Origin: Rhodothermales bacterium
GTDB lineage: Bacteria > Bacteroidota > Rhodothermia > Rhodothermales > VXPQ01
Direction of reading: 5' to 3'
Length of the DNA stretch: 37,874 bases
Assembly (NCBI GenBank): GCA_040904565.1
Contig: JBBDTI010000045.1
Coordinates: 1 to 37,874 of the forward strand
Below the pieces are notes generated by a model. It was not told where the DNA came from. It saw nothing but the letters and a program-made list of their open reading frames with translations, and did no database searches. Position 1 is the stretch's first letter. Every line of letters begins with the position of its first letter. Of this stretch, positions 20,309 to 30,295 are shown piece after piece. Made by a program: the position numbers and the translations under genes.

Positions 20309-21229
20309 ATGGCCAACCTTAGGGACATTCGGAACAGGATCGACTCGGTCCGCAACACGCAGCAGGTCACGCGTGCCATGAAAATGGTCGCGGCCGCCAA
20401 GCTGCGGCGCGCGCAGGAACGAATGTTCAGCGCGCGTCCGTATGCGTACCGTCTCGCAGAAGTGATCAGCAGGCTGAAGGATCAGCTGGATCCGACGGCC
20501 CACGACCTCTTCGAAGAAAGGGAGGACGTGAACGGGATACTATATATCGTCGTCACGGCCGATCGCGGGCTGGCCGGCGCGTTCAACTCGAATATCATCA
20601 AGGCGGCTGAACGGTCCATGGCCGAGGTCGAACCGCTCAGGGAATCCGGCAGCCTCTACGTCCTGGCGGTTGGACGGAAGGGCCACGAGCATTTTGCGAA
20701 ACGCGATTACCAGATGGTCGGCGACTTTCGGGGTGTGTTCGACGATCTGAACGTCGATCTCGCCCAGAGGATCGTTCAGCGCGCGGTCGACGGATATCGT
20801 GACGGTACGTGGGATGAGGTCAAGGTCGTCTACAACGAGTTCATGAACACGATCTCGCAGAATCGCATCGTCGAGCCCTTTCTCCCGATTCCTCGCGAGC
20901 AGTTTCTGACCCCCGTCATGGCCGATGAAAACGAGCAGCGGATCACGCTGGACGTCGGGCGGCAGATCGATCTGATGTTCGAGCCGCCGGCCGAAACGAT
21001 CCTTCAGGGCCTCGTTCCCCGGTATCTCAATTATCAGATGTATCGGGTTCTGCTGGAATCCAATGCCTCGGAACAGGGGGCGCGGATGGTAGCGATGGAT
21101 AACGCTACATCGAACGCGGAGGAATTCTTGCGCGATCTCAAACTGCGGTACAACCGCGCGCGGCAGTCGGCCATCACGACAGAGATCATAGAGATCGTCT
21201 CGGGAGCCAACGCGCTCGAGGGCGGGTAA
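20309..21229 (+). CDS. atpG: F1 ATP synthase subunit gamma
   Basis: QVTRAMKMVAAAKL, DRGLAGAFN, SEQGARMVAMDNAT and NRARQSAITTEI. Confidence 0.99.
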   Translation: MANLRDIRNRIDSVRNTQQVTRAMKMVAAAKLRRAQERMFSARPYAYRLAEVISRLKDQLDPTAHDLFEEREDVNGILYIVVTADRGLAGAFNSNIIKAAERSMAEVEPLRESGSLYVLAVGRKGHEHFAKRDYQMVGDFRGVFDDLNVDLAQRIVQRAVDGYRDGTWDEVKVVYNEFMNTISQNRIVEPFLPIPREQFLTPVMADENEQRITLDVGRQIDLMFEPPAETILQGLVPRYLNYQMYRVLLESNASEQGARMVAMDNATSNAEEFLRDLKLRYNRARQSAITTEIIEIVSGANALEGG

Positions 21230-21386
21230 GGAGGCCGTCGAACCCGGCGGAGTGTCGTGCGTACGTAATTGCGCTGCCGGAGGGACGCGCCAGGTTCGCT
21301 GTAGAGGGTTCGTTGTAGAGACGGCGGTGGACGACATCATGCGGGATGCGAGCACGGAAAGCGCGCTCCGCGAGGACATGCAAAAT

Positions 21387-21477
21387 GGAGAGGTGGCCGA
21401 GTGGCTGAAGGCGCTCCCCTGCTAAGGGAGTATACGGTACCCCCGTATCGAGGGTTCGAATCCCTCCCTCTCCGCCA
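21387..21477 (+). tRNA. tRNA-Ser(GCT)
   Basis: Acceptor stem GGAGAGG/CCTCTCC-G-CCA; anticodon arm CTCCC-ctGCTaa-GGGAG; long variable arm; T arm GAGGG-TTCGAAT-CCCTC. Confidence 0.98.
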
Positions 21478-21484
21478 ACGTAAT

Positions 21485-21523
21485 GGGCGTGCACCGCCGA
21501 CGCGGTGGACGCCCTTCGCTTTT
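21485..21523 (+). terminator. probable terminator after the tRNA
   Basis: GGGCGTGCACCGC-cgac-GCGGTGGACGCCC (one mismatch) followed by TTCGCTTTT. Confidence 0.65.
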
Positions 21524-21590
21524 CGAGCTCATTCGAACCCCGGGGGTTCGACACGAGCGAGCGCAGCGAGCGACTGATGGAGGGCTTCCA

Positions 21591-22247
21591 TCAGCTTGCA
21601 TTTTCATCCCCTCCGAAGATCTCCGGATTCGATCGGACGAACGATTCGACGGACCGGAAGATGGGCGAGCCCCAGCCGCGGCTCATGTAGAGATAACCCG
21701 TCACGGAAAAGACGAACGCTCCGAGGGCGTCGACGATTAGATCCCACATCGTATCGTTGAGCCCGCTCTTTTGCATGTTGAGTCCGAAGGACGAGTCCAT
21801 CCCAAATTCGAAGATCTCCCAGAGGGATCCGACGGCCATGGCGAAGCCGAACGAGAACAGGGCGACAAACCCCGGCTTCAAATGCAAATCTATACGCTCG
21901 AGCTGATTGAGCAGATAGACGAGCAGGAAGGCTACGAGTCCGAGAAGCAGGCCCGAGCCGGTGTGGAGCAGCGCATCCCACCACCAGAATCGCACGTAAT
22001 ACTCACGCACTTCACCCAGGAAGAGCGAGGCGAAGACGAACAGGATGGCGAGCAGTTCGAATTCAGGCGGGATGGTCACCTTGAACTGCCGTTCCATCAA
22101 CGCGGGAAGCGCCGTCAGCACGATGACGGCCCCCGTCAGGAGCACATTCAACCACTGCTGCCGGGCCGCCGATAGAATGAGCCCGGCAACCAGAATAATC
22201 TGAAGGCCGAGGGTGATCCATTCAAAAACGGATTGGGGTCTGCGCAC
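21591..22247 (-). CDS. uncharacterised multi-TM membrane protein (start uncertain)
   Basis: About 6 hydrophobic helices; conserved-looking 'YYVRFWWWDALLHTGSG', 'WEIFEF' and 'DTMWDL'; downstream of mscS. Confidence 0.8.
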   Translation of the reverse strand: MRRPQSVFEWITLGLQIILVAGLILSAARQQWLNVLLTGAVIVLTALPALMERQFKVTIPPEFELLAILFVFASLFLGEVREYYVRFWWWDALLHTGSGLLLGLVAFLLVYLLNQLERIDLHLKPGFVALFSFGFAMAVGSLWEIFEFGMDSSFGLNMQKSGLNDTMWDLIVDALGAFVFSVTGYLYMSRGWGSPIFRSVESFVRSNPEIFGGDENAS

Positions 22248-22284
22248 GACGCGATGGTTACGCAAAGGATGAACGATCGATACG

Positions 22285-23163
22285 TCAGGCGAACGGTCCC
22301 TCGCGGGTAACCGGTTCCTCATCGGCATCCGATACGATGCGTACGGGGAATGGATCGGTCTCGCTCCCCGCGTAGAGCGTGCGATGCGGGAACGGAATCT
22401 CGATGCCTGCCTCGTCCAACCCCTGCTTGATGTCGAGCTGCATCGAGTTGCGAAGGCGTAGAAAATTTTCTCGTGCACCCCAGACGGAGAACTGGAACGT
22501 CAACGCTGAATCACCGAAACCGGTGAAGATGAAGAGCGGAGACGGTTCTTCGAGGCACAGCGGATTGCTGCTGGCGACGCGCATAAGCACCTCCTGCACC
22601 GTCCCAAGGTCTTCCTTGTAGGCCACGCCGAGCTGGATGTCGTAACGGCGGATGGGGAAACGCGAGTTGTTCGTTATCTCCGTCTTGATGATCGTTTCGT
22701 TTGGAACGCGAACGAACAGGTTGTCAAAGGTCCGCAGCTTTACGGAGAGCAGGTCGATGGAAAGGACTTCACCGGTTGTCGTCCCAATGCGGATCACGTC
22801 TCCGACGGCGAAAGGCTTCTCACCGAGTAGAAAGAGACCGCTGATGATGTTCGATGCACTGGTTTGCGACGCGAAGCCGATCGCCACGGTCAGGATGCCT
22901 GCCGCCCCGAGAAGCACGCTCAGGTTGACGTTAAGATCGTTCAGTGCCGAGGCTACGAAAAGGCCGAGGATGACGTAATAGCTGACGCGTTCCAGGAGTG
23001 CGGCATGGTGGCGCGACGCCTGTTCGGAAAACATCCGAGTGAGTCCGCGGCTGCCGTAGCGAGCGGCCACCACGCCGACGATCACCTTTACGAGGGCAAA
23101 GAAGATGTCGAGCGCCAGAGGGCTGCTTAGAAACGAGGAGATGGTCGACCAGAGAGCATCCAT
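22285..23163 (-). CDS. mscS: small-conductance mechanosensitive channel (MscS family)
   Basis: LLGAAGILTVAIGFASQ..SNIISG...KPFAVGD.I, VPN, and AGIEIPFPHR. Confidence 0.93.
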   Translation of the reverse strand: MDALWSTISSFLSSPLALDIFFALVKVIVGVVAARYGSRGLTRMFSEQASRHHAALLERVSYYVILGLFVASALNDLNVNLSVLLGAAGILTVAIGFASQTSASNIISGLFLLGEKPFAVGDVIRIGTTTGEVLSIDLLSVKLRTFDNLFVRVPNETIIKTEITNNSRFPIRRYDIQLGVAYKEDLGTVQEVLMRVASSNPLCLEEPSPLFIFTGFGDSALTFQFSVWGARENFLRLRNSMQLDIKQGLDEAGIEIPFPHRTLYAGSETDPFPVRIVSDADEEPVTREGPFA

Positions 23164-24011
23164 TAAACAGCTGCGGTTGTGCGATGAATGAGGGAGCTGA
23201 AGGTGCGAAAAATGGTATTCGTGCGAATGTCGAGTCGTGGGCCACGTAATTTCTGCGTTTGGCCGACCTCTCTTGGAATTCTTCCCTCGTCGAATCGTAC
23301 GGTTGCCTGGTCGTCCGAGGCCTGGCGGCTGAGCGTCACCGCCTGCGTCCAGAGGTAGGACCCTTCACCCTCGAAGAGGGAGAGGTACTGGACCGGGACC
23401 TGTATATGTCCAATATGCAGGGCGTCCGTTCCGCCGTTTCGGACCTGAATGGGCGTAATGGCGCGATGTAATCGCCGGGGCAGGTTTTCGAGACGGAGGC
23501 GTCCCGCCGTCCGGACGGCGTAGCACAGCTCTCCTTCCACCGTCGACGATCCAAACCACGTGTCGGAGGGGCGGTAAGAAGGGATTTCCTGGAGCAGGCG
23601 ACTCTCCTTACCGACCTCTATGCGCATCCAGAGTGGCGTACTGACGTAGAGCGTCACCTCCTCTCCCGGGAGAATGAAAAGGGGGATGTCGGGGCGGACG
23701 ACGATGGCCCGATCCGCCAGCATCGGAGAGAGCGTGCACCGTGAATCGGTCTTCTGAAAGCTGTACCGCGTTACGGTGGCGCCAGGCGGGAGCTCCTCCA
23801 TCGACAGGTCCGTCTCACCGATAGGTCGAGGCGTTTCGATCGCGGCCGAATCGTCCATCGAATCCTCAGACTCGGTGTGCACCAGATGCCACGAATGCAT
23901 GGAACGGTAAATCCAGAGGGTGCTCGGGCCAACCGACCACTTCCCGGCAAAATCCTGTGCAAACGTAAAGGAGCCCCACCACTTCGTCTTCTCGTCCGTA
24001 TTCGTCTCCAT
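23163..24011 (-). CDS. conserved hypothetical soluble protein (DUF432-like)
   Basis: Beta-rich protein with 'SPMLADRAIVVRP' and 'RPSDTWFG...GELCYA'; stop overlaps the mscS ATG (TAATG). Family assignment is from recall. Confidence 0.7.
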   Translation of the reverse strand: METNTDEKTKWWGSFTFAQDFAGKWSVGPSTLWIYRSMHSWHLVHTESEDSMDDSAAIETPRPIGETDLSMEELPPGATVTRYSFQKTDSRCTLSPMLADRAIVVRPDIPLFILPGEEVTLYVSTPLWMRIEVGKESRLLQEIPSYRPSDTWFGSSTVEGELCYAVRTAGRLRLENLPRRLHRAITPIQVRNGGTDALHIGHIQVPVQYLSLFEGEGSYLWTQAVTLSRQASDDQATVRFDEGRIPREVGQTQKLRGPRLDIRTNTIFRTFSSLIHRTTAAV

Positions 24012-24145
24012 ATCGCGAGTGCTCGTGCATGAGTTATGTGGAAGATGAAAGTACGTGCGCGGGCACGGTTCATCAAACGAACACATGTAACATGCGGCCC
24101 ATTTTCGCTTTGTCACCCCTTTCTAACATAAGTGTGTGGGAACAT

Positions 24146-24163
24146 TAGTTGTTGAAACAACTA
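24146..24163. promoter_or_regulatory. palindromic operator (MarR-type candidate)
   Basis: TAGTTGTT-ga-AACAACTA, a perfect 8-bp inverted repeat in the AT-rich divergent promoter upstream of yceI. Confidence 0.65.
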
Positions 24164-24325
24164 TTATAACATGTGCCGGCCGACGGGCAGAGAAATCATG
24201 GTCTGGTATGCTCCGTGCGCCGGTAAGGCACTTCGGTCGGGAGCGTACCGAGATGTGCCCGCTTTGCAAGACGACGGCCGCATGCTAACGACGAACGTTC
24301 AAATTCAACGATAGGAGGAAATCAT

Positions 24326-24886
24326 ATGACGGAGCAGACAGCGGTTCTCGAAGGCACTGCCACCTACGACATCGATCCAGCCCATTCAGAAGTCGGTTTC
24401 ACGGTACGGCACATGGGGTTCTCGAAAGTGCGCGGTCGTTTCGAGCGCTATTCCGGACAGATCCGTTTGCAGCCGGACACCCTCTCTTCGCTGGAGGTTG
24501 AGGTGGACATCGAGGCGGCGTCGATTTCGACGGATGAGGAGAAGCGTGACGAACATCTTCGCACGAACGATTTCCTGGATGCCCAGAACCACGAGACCAT
24601 CACGTTCAAGAGTACCGGCCCGCGAGACGCAAACGCTCACACGTTCGAGCTGGAGGGTGATCTGACCATCCGCGGCGTGACGAAGGCCATCGTGCTCGAA
24701 GGCACGTATCTTGGCGAAGGCACGGATCCATGGGGAGGAAGCCGCGTCGGATTCGAAGCGTCGACGGTCATTAACCGAAAAGATTTCGGTGTGAACTGGA
24801 ACACGGTGCTCGAGTCGGGCGGATTTCTGGTCGGCGAGAATGTCGAAATTGAACTCAACGTGCAGGCCGTTCGATCGGACGACTAA
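24326..24886 (+). CDS. yceI: YceI family polyisoprenoid-binding protein
   Basis: IDPAHSEVGFTVRHMG.SKVRGRF, RDEHLRT.DF, GDLTIRGVTK and INRKDFG; AGGAGG RBS. Confidence 0.95.
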   Translation: MTEQTAVLEGTATYDIDPAHSEVGFTVRHMGFSKVRGRFERYSGQIRLQPDTLSSLEVEVDIEAASISTDEEKRDEHLRTNDFLDAQNHETITFKSTGPRDANAHTFELEGDLTIRGVTKAIVLEGTYLGEGTDPWGGSRVGFEASTVINRKDFGVNWNTVLESGGFLVGENVEIELNVQAVRSDD

Positions 24887-24937
24887 CCTTCTGCCGCACG
24901 CTGTATCTGAACGGGACCGGCGGAGAAGCGGGAGGGC

Positions 24938-25275
24938 GCATCGACGCCCGCCGAAAATCTCGACTTCTACACCCGGGTCCTCGGGATGAGGCTCGTTAAG
25001 AAGACGGTGAATTTTGACGACCCCACCACGTATCACCTGTACTACGGCGATGCGACGGGTATCCGGTTACGTCGGTCAAAGACAGACAGTACTTTAAACC
25101 CATCTATTTTCGAGAGCCGGGCGGCGTTCTGTTCGAGATCGCGACGGACGCGCCGGGCTTCACGCGCGACGAGTCGCTCGACGATCTCGGCGCGCCGCTG
25201 AAGATCCCGCCGTGGCTGGAACCGCGCCGGGCACACATTGAGAATCAGTTGGAAACCCTACCTTCGCCTGACTAG
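24938..25275 (+). pseudogene. ring-cleaving dioxygenase (MhqO/MhqE, VOC family) remnant with an internal deletion
   Basis: N-terminal piece [32 protein letters not shown] (24938 to ~25060) is joined out of frame to the C-terminal piece [26 protein letters not shown]...LKIPPWLE (25057-25275); the original start and the HH motif are missing. Confidence 0.9.
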
Positions 25276-25926
25276 ATGATGCCTACACTGCAAGATGGAC
25301 CGCCGGCCGATGAGGCGGGCGCAAGCGCGATACTCATTCACGGGCGCGGAGCCTCGGCATCCAGCATGCTGCACCTGGCCGAGGCGATCGATGTGTCCGG
25401 CGTTCACTACCGTGCGCCGGAAGCTCCGACGCGGTCGTGGTATCCGAACAGCTTTCTGGCTCCGCTCGAAGCGAATGAGCCGGGCATCGAAAACGGCCTG
25501 GCGACGATTCAGTCTACCATCGACGCACTGCGAGACGAGGGTGTGGACGAGCACCGGATCTTCTTGATCGGGTTTTCCCAGGGTGCATGCCTGGCGTCTG
25601 AGTTTGTCGCCCGACATCCGCGTCGGTACGGCGGCGTGGTCGTGCTGAGCGGTGGTTTGATCGGCAACGTGCAACGGAGGGATGCGGATCCTCCCGATGA
25701 CAAGGGTTTCGAGTACCAGGGGTCGCTGATGGACACGCCGGTTTTCGTGGGCTGCTCCGACGTCGACGCGCACGTTCCGGTCGAGCGCGTCCACAAGACG
25801 GCCGGGGTCCTGGGCGAGCTCGGCGGGGACGTGGACCTTCGGATTTACGAAGGAGTGGGGCATACGGTCAACGACGACGAGCTGAAGGCCGTACGTCAGA
25901 TGCTTCGCACAGCGTCCGACGGATAA
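25276..25926 (+). CDS. phospholipase/carboxylesterase (MhqD-like alpha/beta hydrolase)
   Basis: IHGRGA, GFSQGA nucleophile elbow, D.HVP and GVGHTV. Confidence 0.92.
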   Translation: MMPTLQDGPPADEAGASAILIHGRGASASSMLHLAEAIDVSGVHYRAPEAPTRSWYPNSFLAPLEANEPGIENGLATIQSTIDALRDEGVDEHRIFLIGFSQGACLASEFVARHPRRYGGVVVLSGGLIGNVQRRDADPPDDKGFEYQGSLMDTPVFVGCSDVDAHVPVERVHKTAGVLGELGGDVDLRIYEGVGHTVNDDELKAVRQMLRTASDG

Positions 25927-26121
25927 CGGCCCGGCGTTTCAGGCTCGATGTTCCCGGCCGTGGCATCCATCCCACGGATCGCCGTGCCTCGACCGGTCGC
26001 TGACCTCGATCGATGGTGTCACTGAGCTTCGAATTTCCACCGCGTCACGGACACGGTATGCGCGAGTACGTTCGATTACCGATCTTGCCGTACGCGACCG
26101 TTTGAATTCGAGGCACCTATT

Positions 26122-27624
26122 ATGCGTGATCAGCGCTTTATTCTGGCTCTGGATCAGGGGACGACGAGCTCTCGCGCCATCCTGTTCGATCACAGCGGGC
26201 ACATCCATGCGGTATCGCAGCGAGAGTTCAAGCAGATTTTTCCGAGGCCGGGCTGGGTCGAGCACGATCCCAATGAAATCTGGTCGACGCAGGCAGGTGT
26301 CGCCGCTGAGGTAATCGCCAAGGCGGGGATCCGTCCGCGCGACGTGGCGGCCATCGGCATTACCAATCAACGTGAAACGACCATCGTGTGGGACCGCACG
26401 ACCGGCCGGCCGATTCACAACGCCATCGTCTGGCAGGATCGTCGTACGGCCGGATACTGCGATTCGCTTCGCGACGCCGGATACGAAGATCTGATCCGTT
26501 CGAAGACGGGCTTGGTCATCGATTCCTATTTTTCCGGCACGAAGGTGCGATGGATGCTCGACAACGTAGACGGCGCGCGCGAGCGGGCTCGCCGCGGCGA
26601 GCTGGCATTCGGCACGGTCGATTCCTGGCTCATCTGGAAGCTCACGGATGGCCGCGTGCACGTCACGGACGTTACGAACGCATCGAGAACACTCCTTTAC
26701 AACATTCATCGGAACGAATGGGACGAGGAACTCCTCGATCTGCTCGAGGTGCCGGGGAGCATGCTCCCCGAGGTCCGATCCTCCAGTGAAGTGTATGCCG
26801 AGACTGCTGGAGACGCGATCTCCGCCAGCGTACCGATCGCAGGCATTGCGGGAGATCAGCAGGCCGCGCTGTTTGGACAGGTGTGCACCCGGCCGGGCAT
26901 GGTAAAAAACACATACGGCACCGGCTGTTTCATGCTCATGCAGACGGGCGAAGAAGCCGTTCAGTCCAAGAACAATCTCGTAACGACCATCGCCTGGAAG
27001 ATCGGCGACACGACGGAATACGCGCTCGAAGGCAGTATTTTCATCGCGGGGGCCGTCGTACAGTGGCTGCGCGACGGGCTGGGCATCATCCAGAAATCGT
27101 CGGACGTGGAACCGCTTGCACGTTCCGTCGACGACAACGGGGGCGTCTATTTCGTGCCGGCCTTCACGGGACTCGGAGCGCCGCACTGGGACCCGTACGC
27201 ACGCGGTGCCATCGTCGGATTGAGTCGCGGCACGAATGCGGGGCACATCGCGCGCGCCGCACTCGAAGGCATCGCGTTTCAAACGGTTGACGTCATCCGC
27301 GCGATGGAAGCCGATTCAGGACTCGACCTGGCTCAGCTACGGGTGGACGGTGGAGCAACGGCCAATAATCTGTTGATGCAGTTTCAGGCGGACCTGCTGG
27401 GGGTGCCCGTCATTCGTCCAAAAGTCTCCGAGACGACGGCGCTAGGCGCGGCCTATCTGGCAGGTCTGGCCGTGGGATTCTGGGCGGATCGTGATGAGAT
27501 TGCCGCGCAATGGAAAGAAGACCGGCGCTTCGAGCCGTCCATGGACCGAAATCGCGCCGACCACCTCATGACGCAGTGGACGCGGGCCCTCGAGCGCGCG
27601 GGATCGTGGGAGGTCGGATCGTGA
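26122..27624 (+). CDS. glpK: glycerol kinase
   Basis: [37 protein letters not shown] and [12 protein letters not shown]. Confidence 0.98.
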   Translation: MRDQRFILALDQGTTSSRAILFDHSGHIHAVSQREFKQIFPRPGWVEHDPNEIWSTQAGVAAEVIAKAGIRPRDVAAIGITNQRETTIVWDRTTGRPIHNAIVWQDRRTAGYCDSLRDAGYEDLIRSKTGLVIDSYFSGTKVRWMLDNVDGARERARRGELAFGTVDSWLIWKLTDGRVHVTDVTNASRTLLYNIHRNEWDEELLDLLEVPGSMLPEVRSSSEVYAETAGDAISASVPIAGIAGDQQAALFGQVCTRPGMVKNTYGTGCFMLMQTGEEAVQSKNNLVTTIAWKIGDTTEYALEGSIFIAGAVVQWLRDGLGIIQKSSDVEPLARSVDDNGGVYFVPAFTGLGAPHWDPYARGAIVGLSRGTNAGHIARAALEGIAFQTVDVIRAMEADSGLDLAQLRVDGGATANNLLMQFQADLLGVPVIRPKVSETTALGAAYLAGLAVGFWADRDEIAAQWKEDRRFEPSMDRNRADHLMTQWTRALERAGSWEVGS

Positions 27625-29246
27625 AGGAGTCCCTCTCTTTCAAGCGCGACGAGCTGGTATCGGTCGTGACGAATCGCTCAAGGCCGTGGGACGTGCTCGT
27701 CATTGGCGGTGGAGCGACCGGACTCGGAGCGGCCGTCGATGCGGCAAGTCGTGGATATGATACGCTGCTTCTGGAGCAGAGCGACTTCGGAAAGGGTACG
27801 TCGAGCCGCAGTACGAAGCTCGTCCACGGAGGCGTACGCTATCTCCAGCAGGGCAATCTGTCCCTCGTCTACGAAGCGCTTCACGAGCGCGGATTGCTTC
27901 TCGAAAATGCGCCTCACGTTACGACGAATCTGAATTTCGTCATCCCCTGTTATCGGTGGTGGGAAAAGCCGTTCTATGCGACCGGTTTGAAGCTGTACGA
28001 CCTGATGGCGGGGAAGCGTTCACTCGGGGGCTCCAGGGTGCTTTCGGCTCGAGGCGCCAGAGAACATCTTCCAACCGTACGATCGAAGGGGCTTCGGGGA
28101 GGCGTTCGCTACCAGGACGGTCAGTTCGACGATGCGCGCCTTGCCCTGAATCTGGCACAGACGGCCGTCGAACAGGGCGGCGTGGCGCTGAACTACGTCC
28201 GCGTAGATGCACTCGAGAAAGAGGGCGGGCGGATCTCCGGTGTCGTCGCGACAGACCTCGAGACAGGATCCGAGTGGACGATTTCAGCACGAGCGGTCGT
28301 CAATGCGACAGGCGTCTTCGGGGACACGATCCGGCGAATGGATCGGCCGGATGCAAAGCCGATGATTCAGCCGAGCCAGGGGGCGCATATCGTCGTCGAC
28401 CGATCGTTTCTACCGGGCGATTCCGCCCTCATGCTGCCGAAAACGGACGACGGCCGCGTCCTTTTTGCCGTTCCGTGGCACGAACGGGTTATTATCGGGA
28501 CGACGGATACGCCGCTCGACGACGTCACCCTCGAGCCGCGTGCACTTGAAGATGAGGTCACGTTTCTCGTCGAGCACGCGGATCGATATCTTGATCGGCC
28601 GCTCGGACGAGCCGACGTGCTCAGCGTGTTTGCCGGCTTGCGGCCGCTGGTCAGTACCGAGGATGATGAAGAGACCGCTGCCATATCGCGAGATCACGTG
28701 CTGTGCGTATCGCATAGCGGACTCATAACCATTACCGGAGGAAAGTGGACGACCTACCGCCGGATGGGCGAGGATACGATCGATAAGGCGGCTGAGCTCG
28801 CGGGGCTCGCCGCCCAGCCGTGCCGCACGCACTCCCTTCGCATTCACGGGTGGGTAGCATCCGTTGATCGCGATGCCGCGTACTCGATATATGGTGCCGA
28901 TGCCGAAGGCGTGGAGCAGGTCGTTCGTTCGACCGAGACCGGACCGGAGCTCGTACACGACGATCTTTCCGTTCGTGCCGGAGAGGTTCGGTGGATGGCA
29001 CGAAGGGAAATGGCTCGTACGGTGGACGACGTGCTGGCACGGCGCACCCGTTCCCTGCTGCTGGACGCGCGAGCGAGCGCCGAGGCCGCTCCAGCCGTTG
29101 CAGCGCTACTGGCGGACGAACTGGGAAAGGACGCGGACTGGGCCGACGACCAGGCGGCGTCGTTTCAGGAGATGGCAAAGTCTTATATATTGGACGCGCC
29201 GGGAGCGGGACCCGCAACGCCGGCACGCACGCGAGCGAATTCGTAG
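27621..29246 (+). CDS. glpD: FAD-dependent glycerol-3-phosphate dehydrogenase
   Basis: [24 protein letters not shown] and GGKWTTYR; GTGA overlap with glpK. Confidence 0.96.
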   Translation: MKESLSFKRDELVSVVTNRSRPWDVLVIGGGATGLGAAVDAASRGYDTLLLEQSDFGKGTSSRSTKLVHGGVRYLQQGNLSLVYEALHERGLLLENAPHVTTNLNFVIPCYRWWEKPFYATGLKLYDLMAGKRSLGGSRVLSARGAREHLPTVRSKGLRGGVRYQDGQFDDARLALNLAQTAVEQGGVALNYVRVDALEKEGGRISGVVATDLETGSEWTISARAVVNATGVFGDTIRRMDRPDAKPMIQPSQGAHIVVDRSFLPGDSALMLPKTDDGRVLFAVPWHERVIIGTTDTPLDDVTLEPRALEDEVTFLVEHADRYLDRPLGRADVLSVFAGLRPLVSTEDDEETAAISRDHVLCVSHSGLITITGGKWTTYRRMGEDTIDKAAELAGLAAQPCRTHSLRIHGWVASVDRDAAYSIYGADAEGVEQVVRSTETGPELVHDDLSVRAGEVRWMARREMARTVDDVLARRTRSLLLDARASAEAAPAVAALLADELGKDADWADDQAASFQEMAKSYILDAPGAGPATPARTRANS

Positions 29247-29289
29247 ATCCACTCGGGAGACCTCATCAACGGGGACTGAATAGCCACGC

Positions 29290-30261
29290 ATGCCTCACCT
29301 CTCTCGTCGACCCGCCGGCGCATTGCTGGCCGTGCTCCTGATGTTCTTCGTCGCGGAGTCCACCTGGGCCCAACTTCGAACCGGGGCATTCGCTCCCGAT
29401 GCGACCGGCCTATCTGACATCGATCTTCAGGGACACCGCGGCGCACGCGGTCTACTTCCGGAAAACACTGTTCCGTCCGTGCTGGCCGCGCTGGATCACG
29501 GTGTGGAAACGATCGAGCTGGATGTCGTCGTAAGCGGCGACGGCGAGGTCGTCGTATCCCACGAACCGTGGATGTCGAGCGTCATCTGCAGGGATCCGGA
29601 CGGTGCGCCGGTACGCGAAGATCAGGAGCGGGATTACAATCTATTCGAGATGAGCTACGCGGAGATCGCGGCCTTCGACTGCGGCGGCCGCGGACATCCG
29701 TCCTTTCCCGACCAGCGGCCGACGGCCGCGTCGAAGCCGCTCCTGCGCGACGTACTGCGCATTGCGGACGGATATGCGATGGTGACGGGCCGACCGCTGC
29801 CCCGGTACAACGTGGAAATAAAGTCGGCCCCCGAGAACGACGGGTTCTATCATCCGCCGCCGGATACGTTTGCCCGGCTCGTCTACGACGTATTGGCGGA
29901 CGAAGATGTCCGGGATCGGTCCACCATTCAGTCCTTCGATGTGCGATCGGTCCGGTCCGTCCGATCCATCGATGCGACGCAGACGGTGGCCCTTCTGGTA
30001 AACAACGACGACGGCTTCGAAGCGAATCTTCGGCAGCTCGGTTTCCTGCCCGATATCTACAGTCCGAATCAGCGTCTCGTCGACGCCGCGCTCGTCGAGG
30101 CCGCTCGTGCCGTAGGTATGGCCGTGGTGCCGTGGACGGTCAACGCCCCCGAGGACATGAGGCGATTGCTCGATCTCGGCGTAGACGGGCTCATTACGGA
30201 TTACCCGGACCGTGGACGAGACGTCGTCGACGCATATCTTCGCGGCCGGCAAGACAACTAA
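29290..30261 (+). CDS. glpQ: glycerophosphodiester phosphodiesterase, exported
   Basis: GHRGARGLLPENT, ELDV, NVEIK, IQSFD, WTVN and GVDGLITDYP; signal peptide ending TWA/Q. Confidence 0.93.
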   Translation: MPHLSRRPAGALLAVLLMFFVAESTWAQLRTGAFAPDATGLSDIDLQGHRGARGLLPENTVPSVLAALDHGVETIELDVVVSGDGEVVVSHEPWMSSVICRDPDGAPVREDQERDYNLFEMSYAEIAAFDCGGRGHPSFPDQRPTAASKPLLRDVLRIADGYAMVTGRPLPRYNVEIKSAPENDGFYHPPPDTFARLVYDVLADEDVRDRSTIQSFDVRSVRSVRSIDATQTVALLVNNDDGFEANLRQLGFLPDIYSPNQRLVDAALVEAARAVGMAVVPWTVNAPEDMRRLLDLGVDGLITDYPDRGRDVVDAYLRGRQDN

Positions 30262-30295
30262 TAATGTGGCGTTCACCATTCATCCCCCGTGCATC

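Noticed and set aside
2378-30279. Long antisense/shadow ORFs (e.g. 2378..3640, 4298..5284, 8193..8957, 18797..19567, 20540..21379, 25939..27282, 29641..30279)
   Set aside because: They overlap well-supported genes on the opposite strand, which is typical of high-GC codon bias.
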